From Minisyncoccota bacterium (GTDB taxonomy: Bacteria; Patescibacteriota; Minisyncoccia; Phycocordibacterales; JABAAK01), in NCBI GenBank assembly GCA_958295675.1, contig OY282360.1:530026-594025 (forward strand): a DNA stretch of 64,000 nt. Reading direction: 5' to 3'. The first letter of the stretch is position 1, and every line of letters begins with the position of its first letter. Below are positions 54,857-64,000 of this stretch, piece after piece. The translations under genes and the position numbers were made by a program. Below the pieces are notes generated by a model that ran no database searches, had not been told where the DNA came from, and was given only the letters and a program-made list of their open reading frames with translations.

Positions 54857-55978
54857 TTATTTGATCGGAAGGCGAAGTTCATCAAAACTGCCGGCAAATT
54901 GAAGGCGCGCCATGCCGAGTACAAGCGCGATTGCCAGGGATTCGGCGAGTATATGCGATCCGCCATAACTCATAAACGGCAGAGTAATGCCCGTGACCGG
55001 AACCACGCCGGCATTCACGCCTATATGCATCAGCATATGGGAAAAAATAAATACAAAGACACCGACAATGAAAAGTGTCTCAAAGTTTGTCCGTCCCCGA
55101 ATAGCATGATGAAACAGCCGCCACCCTATCACACCGTACAGCAGAAACAGCAACACCACGCCGATAAAACCCCATTCCTCCGCGAATGCGGCAAACACAA
55201 AATCTGATTCGTACAGCGGTAAAAATCCGAGTTTGGACTGTGTTCCTTCGCCGATACCTTTGCCGAATATTTCTCCAGAACCGATTGCTATCTTTGATTG
55301 GTACGCTGTATAGCCGGATGATTCCAGGTTTTCAAGCGGTTCAAGAAATGAAAGAACACGATCCTGCTGGTAGTTCGGTATGAACTGCCAACTGATAACG
55401 GACACAGTGACCGCGAACAACAGCAAAGCGATAATATGTTTTTTTGAGACACCGGAAACAAAAATCATGCCCGCCCAAATCGCAATGAGAATCACAGACG
55501 AACCGAGATCCGGCTGAATAAACACCAGAAAAAACAGGGTCGCCATGATGGCGAATGAAACAGCGACATGCCGAATGTGCCTGATGCGGATATGTCTGCT
55601 CGCGAAGTAGCGGGCAAGTATGATGATAAGTACTATTTTTATAAACTCAACGGGCTGCAGCGCGATCGGACCGATGATAAACCAGCTGTGCGCGCCGTTT
55701 ATTTCCGGAGAAAAAAGAAGCAGCGCGATGAGTGTGACAATAGAGGCGATGAACAATGTCAGTGAGATCAACGGTCCGCGAAGAACGCTGTATGTATTCG
55801 CGGACGCGAACAGTATGACAACAACAGCGATACCGGTGAATAACGCCTGTTTGTAAAACAACGAACTGACAAGGGGGTCGTCAACGGGAAAATTGGTCAC
55901 TAAACCGATCGCCATGATAAGGAGAACGGGAGCAACGAGCAGCCAGTCAAGGGAGCGTATGTGGTGTAACAGGTTCAT
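54857..55978 (-). CDS. rodA: SEDS protein RodA
   Basis: LQPVEF.K, QPDLGS, AIGSG..FGKG, EEWGF, LPFMSYGGS. Confidence 0.9.
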   Translation of the reverse strand: MNLLHHIRSLDWLLVAPVLLIMAIGLVTNFPVDDPLVSSLFYKQALFTGIAVVVILFASANTYSVLRGPLISLTLFIASIVTLIALLLFSPEINGAHSWFIIGPIALQPVEFIKIVLIIILARYFASRHIRIRHIRHVAVSFAIMATLFFLVFIQPDLGSSVILIAIWAGMIFVSGVSKKHIIALLLFAVTVSVISWQFIPNYQQDRVLSFLEPLENLESSGYTAYQSKIAIGSGEIFGKGIGEGTQSKLGFLPLYESDFVFAAFAEEWGFIGVVLLFLLYGVIGWRLFHHAIRGRTNFETLFIVGVFVFIFSHMLMHIGVNAGVVPVTGITLPFMSYGGSHILAESLAIALVLGMARLQFAGSFDELRLPIK

Positions 55979-55987
55979 ACATAGACC

Positions 55988-56800
55988 CTACCATTTTGTG
56001 ATGACAGGGATAATATCAATATATTTAACCTGTGCATCACATAATCCATCGGCACATTGCATTTTTTGAAGTTCAAACGGGTGAATCCAGGTGTACTGAA
56101 CGGAGCGGGATTCGCCGGGTTGCATATATTTCTCAAATGTTCGCGATGCTCCGACAGCATTGCTGTTTTCATCGTACACAGTAACAACGAAATCAACACC
56201 TGATATCTCAGTTGAACCGATATTTGTCACAACGGCATGTATGCGCGGAGACACACCCGCTGATGCTTCAATCCTCTCATCTGATACTTTGAAACTGTAT
56301 GATTCAGGAGAACGGACAAACTGGGGATCCTCAGTAAAACGGAACGATGCGCTGACCGCCTCAATTTTGCCGGTCCGCAGAAACGGCACAAACACGGGTG
56401 TAACATCGACCGGCATAATAGCGGTTTTTTCTGACGCGCGCGCGATGATGCCTCCTTTCGCGTCATGCAAGGTGATTTCAAACTGTACTGACGGCACATA
56501 AAAACCTTCATTCTGATTCTCTATGTGCGCAATAGCGGAATACACTTTTTCGCCGTCATCTCGTTCGCCAAGCGGAAACACGCGCGTTACAATAGGCAGG
56601 AGCTGTTTCCATTGCACCGGACATGCGTTCGGACACGACCCGCCGCAATCAACACCGGTCTCCGAGCCGTTCTGTACCCTGTCATTGCAGGTCGGCGGGT
56701 TATAGAAAATAAGAAAAAGCAATCCGCTGACCACGAGTGTGATAAGCACCAAAAAAGTTACAAATGCAAAAATCCTTCTTTGTGCGCTCCATGCTGACAT
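55988..56800 (-). CDS. Membrane-anchored protein with a Cys motif and Ig-like domains
   Basis: TM then TCNDRVQNGSETGVDCGGSC. Confidence 0.75.
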   Translation of the reverse strand: MSAWSAQRRIFAFVTFLVLITLVVSGLLFLIFYNPPTCNDRVQNGSETGVDCGGSCPNACPVQWKQLLPIVTRVFPLGERDDGEKVYSAIAHIENQNEGFYVPSVQFEITLHDAKGGIIARASEKTAIMPVDVTPVFVPFLRTGKIEAVSASFRFTEDPQFVRSPESYSFKVSDERIEASAGVSPRIHAVVTNIGSTEISGVDFVVTVYDENSNAVGASRTFEKYMQPGESRSVQYTWIHPFELQKMQCADGLCDAQVKYIDIIPVITKW

Positions 56801-56835
56801 ACTACCGCCAGTATACTATATGTTCCTAAAACACA

Positions 56836-59367
56836 TTAAAATGAAGATACATAGGTCAGTATCATATCACGGGTCCGCCGATCCAAAACACCCGTTACCG
56901 GCACACCGTTCACGCGCTGAAAACTCCGAAGCGCGCGTTCAGTTGACGAGCCGAATGTGTTAACTTCATTCCCGGGACTGCCGGCACCGGATCGTGAGAC
57001 CGTATACCCGTTATTGTTGAGAAATACCTGCAGCCGATATACCTCTTCATCGGTATCGCCGATTCGCAGTTCATCGGAACCGGTCGGCACTACAACACCG
57101 AGATTTTCCCGGGTCTCTTCCACAACCTCGTCGCGTGATCTGGAAACTTCCTGATCCTCATCGGCGGATTGCTCCTCATCGGCGGTAACAACTCGCTCAA
57201 CAACAACCTCGCCCGGCAATCTGGGAGCAGTCAGACCTCTCAGTTCCGCGGCGCGGCGCTGTGCATCGGCATGCACCGTCGCTTCGTCAAAAATGACCAA
57301 ACGCTCATCTTTCTTTTCCGCATCATCCGCAGCACTGCGCAGCTTGGCATCAACATCCGCAATCAATGCGTTTATCCGTTCGGTTAAACTTTCCAAAATT
57401 GTCTTTCGTTCCGAAAGTGTGTCAACTGATTCTGCCTGTGAACCGGCAGCACTTTCTGAAGTTGTTTCTTCAGATGAACATGTAACAGGAATGGAATCGT
57501 ATATATATAAAGCACCGGTATCCCGTTCGGCGGTATCGTGCTGCGGCGCGCCGACAACAAGATGCCGACCGTCAAACGCCACGCTTGTGCCGAATCTGTC
57601 ACCGGACTTGACCATCTCCCCGGAGGTTGTCTTCCGCAGAGTCCATTCTGCATCTCCGTGTGTATAGGTGTAGACAAGTCCTGTCCTGTCACCGTTCTCA
57701 TCTTCAGCACCCGGCGCGCCGACAACCAACACACCGTTTGAATATGCCAACGATGTACCGAAGTGCTGTGAAAATCCGTTTTCGGGAGGGGTAATTTCCT
57801 GCTGCAGCTGCCACAAGTCGCCCTGACGCGTGTAGACATACACGGCACCGCGTCCTTTCTGGGCGGCACCGACAAACAAATTACCGTCGCCGAAAAGAAT
57901 TTCCGAACCGAATGTGCCTTCTGAGTCAGTATCCGGCGGCACAATTTTCTTCTCGTTCCAACGCGACCCATCAAATGCGTACACATATACCGCACCGGCA
58001 TCAGCACCACTGATAAGATCCCCGGGAGCACCGATCGCTATAACATCGCCATCAATGGCGATACCGGCACCGAACTGCTGACCCCGGGCAGTATCCGAAG
58101 CGGTTAAGCGAACGGAGCGAACCCATTGATCATTCCGGCGTGTATAGACATACACATACCCGCTCTTATCGCGCCCTTCGGCACCGATAGCGAGTGTATT
58201 TCCGTCAACGGCAATACTTCTGCCGAACAAATCATACGGTGCGGTCGTGGCCGATAGAAGCGCGGAACGAAACAGGAGTGACGAATCAGACCGCCGATAC
58301 ACATACACAGAACCGGACTGATGTCCGCCATGATGTGCTTTCGGCACACCGACAATGACATCCTGACCGTCAGACACGGCAACCATCCGGCGGGTGCCGG
58401 TAGAACGGTACTCCTGTTCAACAACCGTACCGGACGGTTTCCACGACGAACCGTTATCGGTGTATAGATACGCCTTGTGAATACCGGTACCGGAAACAAG
58501 GGTATCTCTATTGATACTGACATTTTCCCCGAGTTGTGTTTTTCTCTCCGGATTTTCCGGCACCAATTTCTGAGTCATGGTATAGGTAACACACTCGTAT
58601 AACATTTCAGCGGCTTCATCTTCTTGCGCGGTAACTGTTGCTTTCACCGGCGGTTTCTCAACAGATTTCGGTACTGCAATGATAATAGGTTCCGCAAGCG
58701 TGCCCCGCTGACTCTCATGGCTGCCCCGGCGAATAACCGCGGCAAAATGATTCTCCCCGACAGCCAATTCATCCGCGCTGATAGAAGGAAAAGAAACTGA
58801 ATTGCCGGTTACTTCTTCAGGCGTTACAACCCGCATACGAATCTCAGAATCATTCAAAAAAACAGAAACACTGTCTCCGGTCAAAAAATTTCCCGAAACC
58901 GCGATACTGTACGAATCAGCAGGCGCATCGGCATCGGCGGATTCCGGTTCAACAATAATGGACGGCTGTGCCGGGACACCGACTATCGTCAGCTCAAACG
59001 GCTCCGTTTCCTGAAGTGTAGCACCGTTACGAGCCAATTTCGCGACAACATTATTCACACCGGTCACAAAAACATCGGTTGATATATTATCAACAATAAC
59101 CTCACCGCCCTCAGTAACATCATCCGCACCGATCACCTTCGCGGTGATAAATGAATCATTGCTGAATATATTTATAACATCATTCTCCTGAAACGCGCCG
59201 AACACGCGAACCGCGACAACGGATGTATTATGTTCGTTCCTAGAGAAACCGATAATACTGAATGATGTTTCTTGTGCTGAGACCTTGACGGCAAATAAGA
59301 CAAGGCATACCAGCATAAACAGAACTGCACGGACAAAATTCCTATTAAAACGACTGTACGCTTTCAT
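56836..59367 (-). CDS. Secreted FG-GAP repeat (beta-propeller) protein with a C-terminal peptidoglycan-binding domain
   Basis: Repeated FG.S.A.DG....VGAP...G.VYVY; VYRLQVFLN...FG..T..AL..FQ. Confidence 0.88.
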   Translation of the reverse strand: MKAYSRFNRNFVRAVLFMLVCLVLFAVKVSAQETSFSIIGFSRNEHNTSVVAVRVFGAFQENDVINIFSNDSFITAKVIGADDVTEGGEVIVDNISTDVFVTGVNNVVAKLARNGATLQETEPFELTIVGVPAQPSIIVEPESADADAPADSYSIAVSGNFLTGDSVSVFLNDSEIRMRVVTPEEVTGNSVSFPSISADELAVGENHFAAVIRRGSHESQRGTLAEPIIIAVPKSVEKPPVKATVTAQEDEAAEMLYECVTYTMTQKLVPENPERKTQLGENVSINRDTLVSGTGIHKAYLYTDNGSSWKPSGTVVEQEYRSTGTRRMVAVSDGQDVIVGVPKAHHGGHQSGSVYVYRRSDSSLLFRSALLSATTAPYDLFGRSIAVDGNTLAIGAEGRDKSGYVYVYTRRNDQWVRSVRLTASDTARGQQFGAGIAIDGDVIAIGAPGDLISGADAGAVYVYAFDGSRWNEKKIVPPDTDSEGTFGSEILFGDGNLFVGAAQKGRGAVYVYTRQGDLWQLQQEITPPENGFSQHFGTSLAYSNGVLVVGAPGAEDENGDRTGLVYTYTHGDAEWTLRKTTSGEMVKSGDRFGTSVAFDGRHLVVGAPQHDTAERDTGALYIYDSIPVTCSSEETTSESAAGSQAESVDTLSERKTILESLTERINALIADVDAKLRSAADDAEKKDERLVIFDEATVHADAQRRAAELRGLTAPRLPGEVVVERVVTADEEQSADEDQEVSRSRDEVVEETRENLGVVVPTGSDELRIGDTDEEVYRLQVFLNNNGYTVSRSGAGSPGNEVNTFGSSTERALRSFQRVNGVPVTGVLDRRTRDMILTYVSSF

Positions 59368-59573
59368 ATATGATCAAAATACATATGTAGTATACTGCTG
59401 AAAACAGAGTCGTGTGACATGTTTCCACATCGTATGAGAAAAGAAATATGGATTCATTGTTGAAGAAAAATAAAAAATAAATGTGACAACTTTTTCAGAC
59501 AAGATGCCGTATGGAAAGCATATGAGCGTGCGTTGTACTCGGTAGGTCTATATAAAAACAACAGCCGATAGAC

Positions 59574-60041
59574 AAAAAATCACCCCACCTAAGTGGGGTG
59601 AGAAGAAGATGGGAAGCCGATACCCGATGTTACCGACCTTTTTCCAGTGTTCGGGAAGTGATTTTACGTACACGGTAGTAATGGGTGGCCATCTCGGCGC
59701 GCGGGATTCTTGGCGTGTATGCGTCGGAAGAATCCACTTAATGCGGGCTGATGAGATCTAGCTCCCAAAACCATTACCGAATCCGTGAACCGCGATGGAC
59801 GAAAAATCGTCACATGCGCAGTAGTCAACCTCACTCCTCACAATGGCTAGACGCGAAAACCACCAGAGAACGAGGACACTTCAAGATTTCCGGGGAATTA
59901 CACCGCCGGTCCTCTCTGTCCGCACTGAAACGCTTTCTCTAAAGTACCTGAACACCCTCACAGGAAGAAATTACTCCCCTCCCGCTTGATGAGGATCCGT
60001 TGCATCTTTTTGGCATGCTTCGCCGTCACTTCCCATCTTCT
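59574..60041 (-). ncRNA. Putative structured ncRNA 1 (about 470 nt), family unknown
   Basis: TTGATT-16-(TGc)TACAAT promoter, 13-bp terminal stem, nested helices, terminator. Confidence 0.6.
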
Positions 60042-60100
60042 GAATCTATTGTAGCAAAAGAGAGTAAAAAATCAATGTTGAAATGGGGATAGCTCTGTAC

Positions 60101-60235
60101 AAAAAAATCACCCCACATATCCTGGTCATCAGTCATCCAGGTGGTAAGTCTGGACTAGGACTAGATAACCCTGGATATTGGATATGTGGGGTGGGGAGAT
60201 ATAGTCATGAACGGACTGAGGTTGGCTATCTCCCG
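60101..60235 (-). ncRNA. Putative structured ncRNA 2 (about 135 nt)
   Basis: (TGc)TATAAT at 60241, 5' hairpin, 14-bp stem plus U7. Confidence 0.5.
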
Positions 60236-60601
60236 CATATATTATAGCAAAAAACCAAAATTAAACAAATAATGTAAGATGGTGGGATGTATCTTTTGAT
60301 TAAGTATTTTTGTTTATAGTTTGTATTATAATCATGGAATACATCCCCAGATTTTTTGGTGGTACTCCGTAGTACTAATATCCGGTAAAACAAGTTGTTT
60401 TGTACAAAGCGTGAAAACAGGCAGAGGAGGGTTATTAACTCTTTTTGATATAAAAGGTGTGATAGACGAGTATCATTAGGGTGTCAGGGGATATACCCTG
60501 ATTTTTTTCTACTACTAAAGTTTGTGAAATATTGTATAATGATATTGTTGGCAGTGAAATGCCCTTGCGTTCAGTTCTTTCCACAAAAAGGAGGTGGGAA
60601 T

Positions 60602-60904
60602 ATGCAAAAAGCACTTGCTATCGTCTTCATTGTGACCGGTTTGCTGGTTCTCATACTGACGAGCTGGTATCACGATATATCGGCATGGGTTGTTGTTCCA
60701 TTATTTGTCGCCTTTATGGTGTGCACATATGGTGTAGTGATAACCCGATCGGGGCCGACACAACCGCCGCTGAAACTTGCTGTGAGCGTACTAATCGCTT
60801 GCGTCGTTTTGAGCGTGGTTCTCATGATGGTAACACAGTTTTTGTGGATGCTATCACTGATACCAGAGTACAATGCGTATGACGCTCATCAGGTCATCAG
60901 GTAG
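60602..60904 (+). CDS. Small three-TM membrane protein, paralog A
   Basis: AAGGAGG upstream; terminator at about 60916-60944. Confidence 0.75.
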   Translation: MQKALAIVFIVTGLLVLILTSWYHDISAWVVVPLFVAFMVCTYGVVITRSGPTQPPLKLAVSVLIACVVLSVVLMMVTQFLWMLSLIPEYNAYDAHQVIR

Positions 60905-61341
60905 TGCTTGATTCTTCCTCCTCTGCATAGAGGAGGATTTTTTTAATATGCTATCCGCTATTTGTTTGCTAATACAAGAGAATTCTGTAACCATTAATCA
61001 ATTAATGCCACATGAAAATGGTAGATAAGAGAGGATATACGCGCAGATTTTTAGGAGTATGTCCCCTGACTTGCTGTGGTAGGGGTTTATTACGATTTGT
61101 CGGTAAGTTATCAACATCGTTGCTATTGTGAGGTATACTGTGATTAAAAAAATAATAAGTATATGCCAATAAACTTCGCTGAAAGCACCCTGTTTACCAG
61201 CGATAATCTGCCGATGTGGTATGTCAAGGGATACACCCCGATTTTTATTTATTGTGAAAGGTTATAAGGTATGGTATGACTATAGTGTTGGCAATACAAT
61301 GCCCTTGCGTTCAGTTCTTTCCACAAAAAGGAGGTGGGAGT

Positions 61342-61599
61342 ATGCTAAAAGCACTTGAAATCGTCTTCATTGTGACCGGTTTGCTGGTTCTCATACTGAC
61401 GAGTTGGAGTTTCAACATGCCGGCGTTACTTGTTGTTCTGTTGTTCACCGTCACGCTGGTGTGTACATACGGCATAGTGGTAAATCGCACGGCGTTGCAG
61501 CAACTGCCGCTGAAACTTGCTGTGAGCGTACTGATCGCTTGCAGCATCGTGAGTGTGGTTTTCATGGCGGCACGACTGTTGTCATTAACACCGACCTAA
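61342..61599 (+). CDS. Small three-TM membrane protein, paralog B
   Basis: Same leader as paralog A; terminator at about 61608-61640. Confidence 0.75.
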   Translation: MLKALEIVFIVTGLLVLILTSWSFNMPALLVVLLFTVTLVCTYGIVVNRTALQQLPLKLAVSVLIACSIVSVVFMAARLLSLTPT

Positions 61600-61939
61600 T
61601 GCTCATTAAAGACCCTCTCTACAGAGAGGGTCTTTTTTTTAAATATTCTTTTGACAAGACAAGAGAATTCTGTGACTATGAATCAATTATTATGACGGAA
61701 TACATCTATCCATTCTTAAATATTTTTTAGCGCATTTCAACCTGCTACTGTGCTTATCAACGGTATAGATGATGAATGTGAGGATGTATCAGCAAAGGAA
61801 TACATATCAAAAATTGAATTGGACTGATTATCTCTCAAAGGTCTCAAATGATACTTATATGTTGAGGAAGATGTTCTGATTAGATGTTTTCAGGGACACA
61901 AGGGATACAGTATATAAATAAAAAATAGGTAGTATAGAA

Positions 61940-62330
61940 AAAGAGAAAGTGTCCCGCGCGAAACGGGACACTAAAGGAGAAAAGGTGGAGTTCCGCGAAC
62001 CTGACTCTATTCGGCAGTATCTGTGAAAGGCCTGTTTGTGTGTATCACACACACGCATCCATCACCTGTCAGAGCGTACTTGATATCAGGCAGTGACCAG
62101 CTTATCAGAACATGTGTTCCGAAGAGTCAGGAAGCCACCGACCGAAAGTACCCCCAATGGTCGTGCGTGAGGCAGTTCGCTAATTCGTTGATAAAGCAAG
62201 GTCAAGCCGCACAACGAATCCGTTCGACGTGACAGTGGCGAACATCAATCACTATCAAAAAGCCGGAACGCCACGGAAAAACTTACGCTTCTGGAGGACC
62301 AAATCCAAAAAGTCGCACCACCTTTCCGCC
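61940..62330 (-). ncRNA. Putative structured ncRNA 3 (about 390 nt), family unknown
   Basis: TTGCTT-17-TACACT promoter (62337-62365), terminal stem, nested helices, terminator at 61948-61972. Confidence 0.55.
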
Positions 62331-62402
62331 AGCAGCAGTGTAGCACAGACAAATGATAAAAGCAAACTTCTTCAATGCAAACTCTTCCCCACCACCATTT
62401 TG

Positions 62403-62512
62403 TTCTGGCGACGAGCTACTCTCCCGCGCATGCAGTACCATCGCCCCTGGAGGGCTTAACTTCCGTATTCGGAATGAGAACGGGTGTGACCCCTCCGGTT
62501 TCATCACCAGAA
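62403..62512 (-). rRNA. rrf: 5S rRNA
   Basis: CATTCCGAATACGGAAGTTAAG, CGATGGTACTG, GGGAGAGTAG motifs; paired ends. Confidence 0.95.
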
Positions 62513-62589
62513 CAAAATAGTGGTGTGATTATATTTTTACTATTGCAATACGCATGGGCAATCCGCTACAGAAACGATTATTACATTTC

Positions 62590-63558
<969 letters not shown>

Positions 63559-64000
63559 CATTCGTGTTAGCTTTATGTCTCCATAAAGATCGGACTATAT
63601 CTTCACGATATATTATCGTGTTCCGCGTGTAGTCTCTGAGGTTCTGTCTTGGTATACATCATGTTGTGTATACTTCCTTTTCCTGCCCCGTCCTTCATTC
63701 AGTTGTTCACGGAGTTGAATAATAGTTTTCAACCCCCGAGCGGTAACATGCTCTTTTCGGTATATTCTTTCAACAATATTTGAAAAAGTTACAAAATCTT
63801 TCTTTTTCTTTGCTGAAAGAAACCTGAACTTTCTGAAGAAAGGAAGGATGGTATCGTGCAGAGCGGTTATATTAACCACTTCATAACACACAACACCATC
63901 ATCTCTCTCACGCAGGGTTCCACATTTAAGTGTATTCTTTATCTTTGCCAGTATTACCCTGTCTTTCTGAGAGATGTTGAACGAAGCGTTCACTTTCCAT
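63559..64000 (-). mobile_element. Group I intron at 23S position 1917 (3' part)
   Basis: Terminal G before AACGGTCC; R element TCAGAGACTAC (about 63629-63639), S element AAGATATAGTCC (63592-63603). Confidence 0.93.
63613..63999 (-). CDS. LAGLIDADG homing endonuclease, partial
   Basis: F.ISQKD..IL..IK..L.CG, ILPFF......KK.DF..F, EH.T..GL; lies inside the intron. Confidence 0.88.
   Translation of the reverse strand, partial: WKVNASFNISQKDRVILAKIKNTLKCGTLRERDDGVVCYEVVNITALHDTILPFFRKFRFLSAKKKKDFVTFSNIVERIYRKEHVTARGLKTIIQLREQLNEGRGRKRKYTQHDVYQDRTSETTRGTR

Noticed and set aside
59748-59810. Hammerhead ribozyme (CUGAUGA...GAAA on +)
   Set aside because: Stem II cannot be formed, and it is opposite to the predicted transcript

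Overview
Chromosomal window from a small-genome bacterium with the hallmarks of Patescibacteria/CPR, probably Parcubacteria (inference): short PheS and EF-Ts, PheT without the B2 domain, a lone VirB4/TraD-like ATPase, a divergent 16S gene unlinked from 23S-5S, and a group I intron with a LAGLIDADG ORF at 23S position 1917. Housekeeping genes (dprA, thyX, topA, rel, parB, miaA, pheST, tsf, rpsB, prfA, rpmE, tsaD, rsmI, secDF, rodA, 4 tRNAs) alternate with families of secreted, repeat-rich proteins (LRR-like, Cys-rich/TSP1-like, FG-GAP, S8 proteases). The most unusual items are: (1) three unassigned, highly structured putative ncRNAs at 59.5-62.3 kb, each with its own promoter and terminator, surrounding two small membrane-protein paralogs; (2) an NlpC/P60 domain with its Cys-His dyad inserted into PheT; (3) a 16S tail without an anti-SD, alongside mostly leaderless-looking housekeeping genes and SD-bearing accessory genes; (4) a tRNA-Leu-anchored cassette array; (5) a duplicated protease whose second copy has no start and a variant catalytic core. 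All calls come from reading the sequence; no searches or folding programs were run.
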